A DNA stretch of 58,058 nucleotides, the filler included, from Basidiobolus ranarum (taxonomy: Eukaryota), in NCBI GenBank assembly GCA_040143965.1. It is 5 parts of 5 records of this genome, joined end to end, with 100 filler letters (N's around TTAATTAATTAA, not from the genome) between each part and the next. Parts side by side here need not be neighbours in the genome. Positions count along the whole stretch, not along the records: positions 1 to 11,599 come from JASJQH010007478.1; positions 11,700 to 23,247 come from JASJQH010007480.1; 3 more parts are not named here. One strand, given 5' to 3'. The notes below the pieces were generated by a model. The model saw only the letters and a list, made by a program, of their open reading frames with translations, did no database searches and was not told where the DNA came from. Shown here piece after piece: positions 1-14,349 of this stretch; position 1 is the first letter of the stretch, and each line of letters starts with the position of its first letter. The translations under genes were made by a program, and so were the position numbers.

Positions 1-2005
1 CTACGGGTTTAAATGAGCCCTTCTTATACTCATATTTATCGCCAAGTCGTTAGGTCATGTGAAGGGTTCTGCGACCACTAAGAGAGATTCTCACGTTAAT
101 ATATGTGATCTTTGTGCCATTGGGCACTCTAGAGTGGTCACATTGAGTGGCGGTGGAATTACCTAAGATTGACTCTGGAACTGTGTTTTAGAATAGAAAT
201 AGATATATATATATCAGAGAATCAAATATTTTTTACTTTTCCTAACTTGACCGTGGGTGAAAGAGAAAGGTCACACTAATTCTCAAGGGGCCTGTGAACT
301 TAAGTCAGTAGGGCTAATGGCTTCAACTTTAATGCAAATGAGTCAGAATATTTACACTTTGAGTCAACCATTGCAGTCACATCTAAGAACGATATTGACT
401 GCTTTCTTTCAGGCAGTTAGTATAGATACAACGCAGCGTTATTAAAGTAGCAGTAAAATGGAACGGTTGCAGACAATGCTGATGAGCCTTCACAGCATCA
501 TCACTACGTGTATTTACAGTCATTCATAACCGTTCGTTGGCATATAGTAGGAGTAATCATATGATGTGGAAAAGATGTTAGCTTGGGATTGGAAACTTGC
601 ACGGATTCATCAACGTTAGATTTGAATAAGCAACTTAAGGTACTCAATCAAAGCAGGGTATCAAGTAGTAACCTTTTTGTATTGGTTTTGTAAAAACCCA
701 AGATTCTTTGGCAACCATTAGTTACATTAATGTCAATAGCCTCAAACTCCTCGGTAGACTAGTACTTGTGAATATTTCTAGTGATCACTACATATCGCTC
801 TAACTGGTCCCATAACATGACTAAACATCCTATTTTGCTTCATCATCCCATACGATCCAATCTCATCTTGGTCACAATAGATGTGATCTCGACTATTCCT
901 CTGACTCTTGGGTCATACTCCAAATTATCTCCATATTTGGCACTGGTACAACTTCATCCTCTACTTACGTATGGAGCACATGTGGATATGTAATCTCTTT
1001 CAATGACTCATCGAGTCGAATTTATTGCACCCTAATCTCTCTTTACGTTGTCCTCTCTTTGATTACCAAGACTCGCTTGTTATTTATTATTGGTAAAACT
1101 TACACAAAGTCTTTAGATAATCATTAGCGACCATACTTTGTTTGTAGAGTGATGCAGTAAATCTTCGTCTAAAACCAATATTTCTTTTTCCTAAGCCCTA
1201 TTGAAGCTAAATAGTCGATTTATTAGGATACATTTCTTCTGTCTAATCATGAGCCATCTATTGTCTAGAAGTTTAATAGCAATCGCAGGATAAGGGCCAT
1301 TTAATTCTGAATATACCCGCTTAAACAAGTATCAACACTAGCCATGTCGAAAGATAGTATAACTCTGCTCTCAGTATCGTTGACTATTTTCTTCATTATT
1401 TGAGTATACATACGAATCCATCATGTTTGAAAATGGATTTGCATATTTACTTGTAATTTCATTCAGCCCTTATGAAATATCAAAGTACTTGTAGTGCATT
1501 AACACCTATCCCGATTACTCAATCCGAAACGACATTCAGGATTGACTTATGTAGGAGAATCTAACCCAATTATGAATTCTGGTATCATCTACGCAACGAT
1601 GGATTCCGTAACATTTATTTCGAATTGCGAATTTCAATTCAATCTTAGCAAATGTGTCAAGTAAATCAGTTAGATTATTTTGGGTTGGGCGTCTAATCCA
1701 TATTAGGAAAGTACAGTGCCTAAATCTGATAACTAGCACTCCATCAGATATCTTATTGGTCTACTCTATCAGTTGTTAAACTACATGCATTAGCTGAGTT
1801 TTCAAGTACACACATTGGTAACTGGATGAGCAGACTAAAGATCATTGAATGTTGAAAGAGATTGAAGTTTTTATCTCCAAAGAGTTGATTCGTGGGATAT
1901 TTCCATTTCTCCAGTACTTTTTTTTTCAAAAGCAGTCTGATTCGTCCCACACATCGAATATATCTTGACTTGTTCTCTGTCCTCCATTCTCATTCTTCCT
2001 ACATC

Positions 2006-2721
2006 ATGTCCAAGACTCCAGTAGCGTCGGAAAGCTCTCCACTGTTGTCAGTAGGAGAAACCAAAAGACCGGCACGATTTAGTCTCAGCTTTGGGTTCAC
2101 TCAAGTATTACTAGCAGTATTTTCGATTGGAATGTTGAGAAATATCGTGTGTGCAGAGTGGTCTCTATTCTCATGGCATCCGCTGCTCATGACTATCTCT
2201 ATGTTATTTCTCACCGAAGGTAAGAGAGAGAAAGAGGCGATTGACAGTCCAAGAATCCAAGCTAATATGGTTATTTAGGGGTCATACTTCTTCAACGAGT
2301 CGCTTGGGCTTCGAAGCATACCACTCTCAAATGGCATCTGTATTTGATATTTGTAGGGGGACTTCTTGGTGTAATGGGAATGGTTGTTATTTGTATCAAC
2401 AAATCTCTGCTTTTAAAGCAACATTTCAAAACATATCATGGATTGCTTGGGATGCTTGTGATCATCATCATAGTGGGTCAATTGATATTTGGCTTATGGA
2501 TTTACCTATTTTCATCCAAGGAACGTCCCCCTACAAGACATTACAGACTTCATCGCATTTTGGGATACATGGCTACTATATTACTATGGATCACAACATT
2601 GCTTGGTACACAGTCCAATTGGATGTCAAAGCAGTCCGATTGTCTGTGGATATGGTTCCCAGTAATTGGTTTAATTCTGGTAGGGATTCTTACTAGAATA
2701 AGGCCTAAATTACTTAAGTAA
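2006..2721 (+). CDS. Cytochrome b561 / transmembrane ferric-reductase-like protein (2 exons)
   Basis: ATG 2006, intron 2220-2278 (gtaag...tttag). The spliced protein has b561-type His motifs FSWHPLLM, KWHLYL, HFKTYHGLLG, YRLHRILG in about 6 TM segments; TAA 2719-2721. Confidence 0.85.
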
Positions 2722-3815
2722 TGTTAGAATGGATTCATACATCGTCATTTCCAATCACACTTTGCATAACAAGAACACCCTTAAAAGACAAGATAAACTA
2801 AAGGATATCTAAGCCCCATCTTTGGCCTTGCTCTGTAGTCCTGGCAACATAACGTTTATTAGTGAGAGAACTGTCACAGCACCGCACTGGTGAGTGTGGA
2901 TGGTAATCACGTGTGAGTAGCAAAGAGTGGAGTTCCAAAGAAAATTCAATCTAATTCAGTATAGTTACAGATGTTGCTTTGAACAAATCTCAATAGTAGC
3001 AAGATGTATGTGTTAAGGAAGATTTCTCATGATAGGTTGAGCTCTAGTTGAAACGAAAATACTACACGATTTTGAACTCTTAGAATGTCGTAAGCCAAGC
3101 CTTACAATGTGTACTCCAATGATATCAGCCATTTAAATGAAAGAACCCAAGAAAAAATGGTTGTTTATTTTTCGTGTCAGGACAAAAGAAAAGAGCGCAA
3201 AAATCCGACCTTTTGAAATGAGTTTTAGATGTGACGCCAAGATTATATCTAACATAAATACAGGAACTAGTTTCATCACTAGAAACCGCGATATCAATGG
3301 AAACTAAAGTGGTATTCTATTTGGATATTCGAACTGGTTCCTACGAAGATTCAAATTCAAGTAGATTGTATCTTTTCTGGATTATAGTGGGATCAACAAT
3401 TCGGGGTTAATTCACTTCACCGGTTGCAGCGAAGTTTCGGATGTAAAATAGGTTTCTTGGTAGTGCGCAACTATATATTTGGCAAGTAGTTAGAGTAATA
3501 GACTGATTTCATGTACCACATGTTCTAGATTAGTATTCATATTTTATGATAAAATATGTATGCACTCTATAGTATCCACTTTCAGCCGTTAATTCATTCA
3601 GCTACATGTACACTCTGTGACTAAGCGGACGACGGCCAAGCTATCTCTCAAAGGAATCGGCTGTGAGTATATCCGTAGACTATGGTCACCATATTATAGC
3701 TATTCAAGAATGAGGTGCAATGCTGAAGAGTTCATGGATGTAAGAGTTTTAAGCTCATCCAATTCACAATGTAACGATTGAATATGACTAGTGTACGACT
3801 ATCACTCTTCGTGTT

Positions 3816-4235
3816 CTAAACTAACTTCGTTGAAGATAACTTGATCTGAGCTTGTATGAATTGATTAAAAGCGCATCTATTATGTCGGAGCAATATATCC
3901 GTTATCGCCATTAGGGCAGATAGAATTAAACGCAATAAAGTTGTCGTCAGGTGATATATTTCATTGAGGAAAGAAATTTCAAATAGACTTTTCTCAAATA
4001 CTTGGATCTTAATCATCCAAAGTTTGTTGATAAATTCCAACGTCACCAAGCCCAGCATAATGCATGCTAGAGAATCTCCAGATAGCGAGGGGACATATGT
4101 ATTTGCTTTAGCCTCAATGAAACGGATAATGAAGTTAAAAATATGATTAATTGTAAAGCTTAGCAATACTGACAATACAAGCAATGTCACTAGCATTTGT
4201 ACCATCGATATAGATGAATTTCTCTCACTGTCCAT
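3816..4235 (-). CDS. Hypothetical small membrane protein (139 aa)
   Basis: ATG-initiated ORF, long for this AT content, with 2-3 hydrophobic stretches; no family recognised. Confidence 0.35.
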   Translation of the reverse strand: MDSERNSSISMVQMLVTLLVLSVLLSFTINHIFNFIIRFIEAKANTYVPSLSGDSLACIMLGLVTLEFINKLWMIKIQVFEKSLFEISFLNEIYHLTTTLLRLILSALMAITDILLRHNRCAFNQFIQAQIKLSSTKLV

Positions 4236-6827
4236 GTCGATTTATTATGACATTTTCGAATATTCTGGACCATCTCCATCGATGTGCCGCCTCTAGGACT
4301 TTCCATCACTACAAGTATCAAGAGATAAATGTAAATTAAATACGCCACGAAAGTGAAAACGAGACTGATTACTGAACTATATACAAACTCTAAATATGTC
4401 TATGTATTTATTGAGGATAAAGCGGCTAGATTATACGATAAAAGGAATTCTAATTCCTTATGCTGAAGAGGATCATTTTTCATGATTATCAACAAGCCTA
4501 TTTGAGACACGCACAAGCACCAGAGTCGGAAAACCTAATGTATACTTGGAAAGAATAGAAGTGCGGACTGGCCGAAAAGCCATCTCCGATATTATTCTCG
4601 ACAATAAGATACTTCTATTGTGTGCCTCCATGTTTAGTACTTTTTTTGTGTAATTGTGTGTATGTTTCTGTATGCCGAGAGATCGGCTTGCTGAGTCCAC
4701 GCTTGAAGACTGCTCTTTTGATGAGATTTAAAGTATACAACATATATAATACTAGTAAGCCGGTTATCCTTGGTGGCTCTCACCCGAGATGTCACATGGG
4801 AAGATCTCGGGGTCTTTTGAGGAGCTCTTGTAGAAACTCGTGCTATCAGCAATGACAACTTGGGTCTTCAGTCCTCTATTGATGTCTATCTTAAAATACT
4901 GATTGCTATGTACAATCTCGAAGAAAACTCCCACCATTACCTTAAGAATCTAAATATTGAATAGCTACTTCTTCATCTGTATACCCTCAGGGTGTTTATG
5001 ATGAGAATTTTTACCATAAAATATTGCATCTAATACTCTCGAATAGTAGACCGCGGTACAAATATGTAGCCTACTCGTTATCTGTCAAAACTCCTGTGTA
5101 CACCTTTTGTATATATTCACGTCGGCTACCCAGAGCAACCGTATGAGACATTTGGGGAAGCTCAGCCTTGTAATTATCCAGATTCTTCACGGGTCTGACC
5201 GTCATTAGTTTTCTATCCCGATTTCTCCACGTAAGAGATTTTGAACAATTGTATTGAGACTGCTTGAACAACTCTTTCCCCAAAATAAGGCCATAATAGC
5301 GTCATTTTACATATTTATCTGTGCTATTCATGACTCGTCCCTACTTTACCCAACCATGTGTGTGTGGAGTGTATCTTTTTTGCTTATGAGAATATTCTTG
5401 CCGAAGTAGCTCTCGAAGTTCAGAGTCCTAGGTCTCGGAAGAATTTTCGAGTCATCTTCGGTAATTGCCTAAGCCTCGAGTGTAAAATTCGGGTGATTTT
5501 CTTCCCTGGGAATTATTATCACAGAATCCGTGTCCCACATAGTATCGACATGGAAATTCTTCGGTAAAGTTACATAATCTATGTATTTAGTAAATCACCA
5601 AAAACCCCAAGTAACCTTGATCTCGAGACCGTCTTCACGAACCGTTACACCAATCACTTTACCCAATAGTTTCAAACTAGAAGCTATCTACAAAATCATT
5701 TTACTTCCATGGAAAGCCAATTTAACCTTGCCTAATAGTAGTGGAGAAGTATATTTAACAAAAATATGACAATTCCTCCGCCTGGATAGCAGCGAGATCG
5801 TCAATGGATCTCCCGACAAATGGCTCTCTGAGCCACATACAGACCAGCTTCAAAATAGAAATATATTTTCCAACTCTGAAAGTCACAATCCGATTAGTCT
5901 ATCTATACCTAAAAGAGCTGAATGACCGAAATATAGGCAGAATAACGAAAGACTCGGCAATGGGGTGATATTGGCCGATGTAATAGAAAGAAGCAGGTTG
6001 AGCACCCTCAGGAAGTTGCTATGTTTGATTCAGAGAGTCAGTATACCGCTTTGGACCTTCAGTGCCAGGTGAAACCAAATTCATATTGTCAAGTATTTGA
6101 TAGAACAGTTCATACTTGCAATGCGTCTCCAAGTCGATATTCCCACCACCGTGAGAAAAGTATTATACTAGAGTTTAATTTAGGTGTGTACACGGTCAAG
6201 TGCCAATAAGAGCAAACTAGGATGCCACGCTTACTCTACAGGTTTATTGACAGCTGCATTGCTGTCAGAACTATGCTGTACCTGCTAGAAATGTGCGACT
6301 ATATATATGGATTGCATGCAATATCTATCAAAATATTTCTTACAGTAGCCGATGTATTCAATGAAGCTATTTTTAGTCGCGAGGCTGTCAATGTGTGTTT
6401 CCCATAGTTTTCGGCCATGTGATTTCCAGAAATCCGGTAAATGTCATCTCAAACTATTATCCACAATCCAATCATTATGTCCTAACAATCAGAGCTTAAA
6501 AGTCTAGTCAGACTTCTCTGCCCACTCTGATTTGATGAAAATGCACATGTATTTCGTTGGTCTAATACGATTCGATGATAATTTTTTCCCACCTTTGTGA
6601 GACAACTTCTATACTTCACCATAAATGTATATGCGGTTTTTCAAACCTAATTCTCAACAGTTGACAAACTGAAACATCCATTCTGTATTCGCTAATAGTT
6701 CCGGCATTTTCGTGATAGCCCCGACTCGTTTGGAATCAATTTCACAGACATATAATACCCCCATATAAGCCTTCCTCTCATCACTTGGTTTCGAAATATC
6801 ACTTCCCTCCATAATTCCGTTGAAATC

Positions 6828-8146
6828 ATGACCAAATCTCAATCTTCTGGTTCTCAGTATCCCTTTTGGATTGGAGGTACTTGTCTATATTTCGTGTTAT
6901 TTTACTCCTGCCTTTCGTTTGTCAATTCTTGCTGCTTTGTGAAGAGTGCCTTCGACATATAATGACACTCTTTAGCTGACTTCTCTCTTTGTTTTTAGGA
7001 GCAGCCGCGATGTGGAGTACTGTCTGCACCCACCCATTCGATTTGGTAAAAGTAAGACTTCAGACCAACGAGGGACGTGCAAATGTTGGAGCTGTTTCAA
7101 CTATAATAAACACCGTGAAGAAGGAAGGCCCACTGGCCCTTTATAACGGTCTAAGTGGAAGTCTTTTCAGACAAGCTGTAAGTAATATAGAGTTCTATGA
7201 CCTTTTACTTTTGACTAATTATCCGTTCAGACTTATTCCACCACTCGCTTCGGGATCTACGACATTTTGAAGAGAGAGATTGCTAACGATGATGGTAGGT
7301 CGAAGCTATCCTCCATGCTATTTCAGATTGTGAAACCTTAGCGTTCTTTGCATTTTTAGGCACTGTCCCAGTGTGGAAGACAATTATAGCCTCAATGATA
7401 TCAGGTGCAGTCGCTTAATCTAATTTCTCTCGTGTAACATTTCCAAATATTAACAGGAATTTCATAGGATGCATTGGTGGTGTGGTTGGCAACCCCGGTG
7501 ATGTGTTGACCATTAGAATGGCCAATGATGGTAAACTCCCTCTGGAGTTGCGTAGAAACTATAAGCATTGTTTCGATGGTCTGTATAAGATTGGCCGTGA
7601 TGAAGGGCTTTCTGGACTCTTTCGTGGTGTTGGCCCCAATACCGTTAGAGCTATTTTCATGACCAGTTCTCAATTGGCGAGTTACGACCAGTTTAAGCAC
7701 ATTTTGCTGCACAAGTTCCAATTCCAAGATAACATATATACGCATTTTGCCTCCAGTCTCCTAGCGGTAATTAAGCAATAGATCACATTTGGGTTCTGTT
7801 TGTCAATGTCCTAATCTATTTATCAAACTTCCAGGGTCTCGTTGCTACAACAGTATGTGCTCCTGTGGATGTTATCAAAACCCGTGTGATGAACTCCGCT
7901 AAACACGAGGTCAGTCCTATTTGCCAACATCTCGATTAATAAGATACTAACAATTGTTTCTTTGCCTAGAATGCCGTCGCTGTATTCACAAGTATTGTTC
8001 GAAATGAAGGCCCTGGCGCTTTGTTCAAAGGCTGGCTTCCGGCATTTATGCGACTAGGCCCTCACACGATTATCACATTTATAACCTTGGAAAAGATTCG
8101 TCAACTATGGGATAGCCGCAACTCAGTCATGCTTGCTGGCATTTAG
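6828..8146 (+). CDS. DIC1: Mitochondrial dicarboxylate carrier (SLC25), 7 exons
   Basis: Spliced by eye: YPFWIGG-AAAMWSTVCTHPFDLVKVRLQ, RQATYSTTRFGIY, GNPGDVLTIRMANDGKLPLELRRNYKH, CAPVDVIKTRVMN, FKGWLPAFMRLGPHT. Three Px[DE]xx[KR]-type carrier signatures; TAG 8144-8146. Confidence 0.9.
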
Positions 8147-9502
8147 TGCGTCCTTTAGCGATCTTGTTCACAGGAATGCTCAACATATATTATTATGCAT
8201 AACTTCATTCATCATCATTCCTCACTCATCACTTCATGATTAATACTCACTAATCTTGGATGAGCCATTGAAGGATGGCTCATCTACTTTTGTACTGAAC
8301 CTACAGATTTTCACTTTTTAACCACCCCTGATATCACCTCATAACAATGTAGATCAGGTCAACTGTAGATAAAGAGTTATTTTACACTTAAAAAATGATT
8401 TTCCGTAGTCAATCTCTTTCTTACCCGAGTATATTGTATGCAAGCTGCTTGTGTTTATGCAGAGCCTTACAGCTTCGATACACTGTAATTCCTTTCATCC
8501 TACTCTGCGGATTTGTGAAATTCGGTGTCCTTTCATGTGAATGTTACACAAGAATAATGTTTGTAATCCTAGAGTGAGCGGGAATGCCTCACTGATTCTG
8601 TCTTGTTAAGTTGTTACAGCAATCGCTGATGGATTAATTCTTTTTCTTAGCTGAGTATCTATTATATCTGAAAGAGGATGGATATCCTTCAAAGTCACTC
8701 TTATGTTCGATACATATGTTGTATCAATGGAGGTGTTATTGTGGAATATTCATCATTTCCGGTATAAGATAGCTGGGAAAAGTTAACTGATACTACCAGG
8801 CTGGCTTCTAACTCTCATGACTCAGTCTCTCTGAATCAGGTAGCTTAGACAGCTCTTCAGAGAGATTTTGCTTCTGGATCTTCTACAACAGGGTGAGAGT
8901 TACTTTAACTAATCAGTGTATTTATCCATAAATAGTCATTCGCGTATTCATAGTTCATGAATAAACAAACGGAAATATCAGATGTTTAACTTCCAGTTTC
9001 TATTTTGTTTTGTAGACATTACCAAGGCTCCATGTCTTGTCAGCTTACTTCCCCTCTATGCAGTATGGTTCACTTATCATTAATATGGTTAGTTAGATAT
9101 AGATATGGTAATCTAAAAAATATGCGGTACCCCAGTCTGATCAGTTTGAATCAATGCTATCTAAAATTGAACCAAGGTTTAACCCCTGGTCTGATGGAAC
9201 AAAGTCGATTAGTATAACGAGAATTAATTTCGTTGTTGTATTCAAATTCAGATAACCAAATCATGGAGATATTGTTATTACCTGCCAATTTTGAGATAAT
9301 AAATCGCTTTGGTAAAAGATTTCCTAGTAATAATTCCATAAAGTACGATTTGACGATCCAATCAATTAATTGAGATTTTTTCTTTTTTTCCTTTCCAGTA
9401 ATATCTTTAAGTTGAAGTTTCCACTACACGTTCGTTCAATCTAGTTTTTATTCAAGTCACCATTCCATTTTATTTTACAGGTGTCGAAAGGTTTAGATCA
9501 AG

Positions 9503-11514
<2,012 letters not shown>

Positions 11515-11599
11515 AGATCACCATTAATATTTTAAGCTCACCATCCAATGATCCGACTTAAAATAATAAGTCCGACATTATTTTAGAATATCTACACTT

Positions 11600-11699
11600 N
11601 NNNNNNNNNNNNNNNNNNNNNNNNNNNNNNNNNNNNNNNNNNNTTAATTAATTAANNNNNNNNNNNNNNNNNNNNNNNNNNNNNNNNNNNNNNNNNNNN
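11600..11699. other. Artificial contig linker
   Basis: 44 N + TTAATTAATTAA (stop in all six frames) + 44 N; identical at four places in the window. Confidence 0.97.
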
Positions 11700-12356
11700 T
11701 CAGATAATGCTGAGTAAGCTTATCCCCAATTGCTTCCAAAGTGAGTACAAGGGCTGAATATGATTCAGGGAGACCATTGATTATGGTAAGAATTATATCC
11801 ATTTCAGGTAGTTCATAATTCACTGATTCCAGTTATTGCAAAGGTTTCTTGACACCATTTATATATGTCATAATATCTGAATCCTCAGTCATATGAAAGT
11901 TTAAGAATTTTCTTTGTAGCATCATCAAGTGAGCAAGCCCTTTTTGCTCATGATGTTCCACTAGGATTTCCCATGCATTCTTGGCAGAGTCAGCATCTCT
12001 GACTAGCTTAAGTTGTTGTGATTCCAGTCTTAGACATATTTCCCTAAATGCCAATCTGTCTTTTTCTTTACCATCATGGCAGTTTTAGCTCTTGAACATT
12101 GAATTAGCAATTTGTCTTTAACATTGAGATAAATTGTGTTAAAGGCATTGTGTTCTTTCGTAACCTGGAGTAAAACTTTGGTTTCAGATAGCTTTGCATT
12201 GTTTTCTTCTCCTACAACAGTGTCCCAGAGTCCTTTTTCTTGCAGCCATATTTTCATTTTAATTTTCCCAATTTGATGATTGGTTCCATCCAATTTTCTG
12301 GAAGAGGGAAAAGTTCCATAGATTTGAGAAGTAGATATTACAGAGAGTGCAAGCTT
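11700..12356 (-). mobile_element. Ty1/copia LTR-retrotransposon gag region, frameshifted and truncated by contig end
   Basis: KLDGTNHQIGKIKMKIWLQEKGLWDTV (copia gag N-terminus), DSAKNAWEILVEHH...LQRKFLNFHM and IINGLPESYSALVLTLE (UBN2-like) spread over three frames, directly downstream of a PBS and LTR. Confidence 0.85.
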
Positions 12357-12369
12357 GGGGCTCATAACC
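12357..12369 (-). other. Primer-binding site, internal (half) initiator tRNA-Met type
   Basis: Minus strand reads LTR end ...CTTTAACA then immediately GGTTATGAGCCCC, matching the Ty5/copia-type PBS complementary to the tRNAiMet anticodon stem-loop. Confidence 0.85.
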
Positions 12370-12717
12370 TGTTAAAGTGTTTGGGAGCCTGTTGGAAGTG
12401 ATTAGGAGAATTAGAGGAATTGGTGGTTTTCACTTGTTGGTTTATTGAGTAGAAAGTTGACATTTGTAGTTTTGACAAGATATAAGCAAACAAACATGTA
12501 GAATGTGTTAAGGAAGGTCCCGGAAACATGTGTGGAAAGTTTGGGGCTTCTAGCACAAGTTATCAAAATCTATATATCTGAGAACTTCTAAGTTGGTAAA
12601 AATATTCCAAGTGAATTCCGATTGAGAATAATTGATAATATCTTAGTTCAATATAAGATAACTAAGTACTAAGCTATATGTGACTATATAGGTGTTTAGG
12701 CAATGCTAATCTCAACA
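12370..12717 (-). mobile_element. 5' LTR (348 bp) of the copia-type element
   Basis: TGTTGA...TTAACA termini in element sense; abuts the PBS; close copies at 28771-29118 and 57798-58058. Confidence 0.9.
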
Positions 12718-12794
12718 AATAACTATACATTTAAGCTGAAAATCTATAGTTCACTTACAAACTTGTTAGTAATCCACTCTTGATATGCAGACAC

Positions 12795-13112
12795 TGTTAA
12801 AGTATTTTGGGAGTTTATTGAAGTGGTTTTTTGAACTAGAAGAATTGGTAGTCTTCACATATTTTTTCATTGAGTTGAAATTTGATATTTATAGTTCAGT
12901 CAAGATATAAACAAAAAATGTGTTAAATATGTTAAAGAAGCTCCGAGGAACATGTGTACAATGTTTGGGGCTTCTTTGCAAAATCTATAATTATGAAAAC
13001 TTCTATGTAAATTCCAATCGAGAATAATGGGTAATATTTAAGTGAAATATGGAATAAATGAATACTAAGTATATAGGACTCTTTAGATGTTTAGGCGATG
13101 TTAGTTTCAACA
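12795..13112 (-). mobile_element. Older, diverged solo LTR of the same family
   Basis: TGTTAAAG...TTTCAACA on + strand, colinear with 12370-12717 with indels; flanks GACAC/GATAC look like a 5-bp TSD with one mismatch. Confidence 0.78.
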
Positions 13113-14349
13113 GATACTTTGAAATGTCTCCATTGTCGATGACATATTGGCATTGAGATCAAGTGCACTACTCATTGGCAATATAGAGAAATCTTTTAAG
13201 CTGTTGGAAGCTGAAAACATTGTACTCTTTCAAAGCTAGGAAAGTCTTAACCCATGATTATGACTTGAAAACTAAATTGATTTCAAGTTGGATATGGTTG
13301 CAGCAACTGAAGCTTAACTCAAGACTATAGGAAAATACTTCGATACGTTATGCCAGCTAGAATGGATCATCATCTTAGCAATCAGGAAGCTGCCCAACTA
13401 GCAGTGAGATATTTCTATGGAATTTTCAAGAGAATACTCACATAAGTCGGTGATGGCCTCAATATCAAGACATGTTGCCTCATCAGTTATATAATATTGA
13501 TGTACATTGTTGAAAGATCAATTTTATTATAATAGTAAATCAGACAGCTAGTATCCATTCTATATTTCTTACAGTAGATATGAGCATTTCCCAAATCCCT
13601 AATCATGTGACTATCTATCGAAATGCCAACATTGATTAACATCCTTTGTTTATCAAATGATCAAGTTCAATTTGTTTATGAAGGACTCGAGCATTAATCG
13701 TTCGATTGGAATAAGTTGCCATGCTCAGGATCAATCCAGTATTCAATATTTACTTTTGTTCTCACAGAATATGTCAAATGATTTATCCCTTTGGCTTTGC
13801 ATGTACATAGCTACTTTCATGTGACATGCCCTATCTTCCCATCGGTTATGGTGGCCTCAGGAATTGAAGTAGGACTTGTTCCCCTCTGTCGTGCCAGATA
13901 GTGCTGTATATGTAATATTGGTAAAGGTGAAGTATTTTAAGATTTATGCGGCTCAGTTTGCCACCCTCCAGCACTCACTGCCATGATTGGTTTTAATCGT
14001 TTGACTCATATTATATTCAACCAAGGTCCGATAGCCCCTGGCCCGATGGAACAAGTACGGATTAAAGAAGATGGAGTGAGAAGTCTTCTCAACAGAAACA
14101 CATCTAATGTCTTTGGTCGATTTTTGAGCGATTTATTGATGTAAGTAATATGTATACATCTTTGTTAAAATAGATAGATTTATTTGTCTAAAAGCAAATG
14201 GATATGTATGAATGAATTTACATCTCGATAAAAGAGTACGAATATTTTAAACGATGTGATGTGGTGACTTCGAATATCACAAGTATTGAAATGATAGAAA
14301 GTTAACGATGGAGAGTGTTGCTTTGATTATAATACTTGGACCATCCAAA

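Noticed and set aside
11547..11579. SECIS-like hairpin (ATGA...AAAA...GA) after the SRPK gene, suggesting selenocysteine at the in-frame UGA
   Set aside because: The upper stem is only about 6 bp, too short for SECIS geometry, and the UGA aligns to Trp, not a catalytic Cys.
11644..11655. TTAATTAATTAA as a biological repeat or TTAA-type transposon target
   Set aside because: Always centred in N44 flanks; it is a synthetic linker.
13125..13240. Reverse-transcriptase-like IVDDIL motif beside the solo LTR
   Set aside because: Short, closed by a stop, on the opposite strand to the element, and no other RT motifs recognised.
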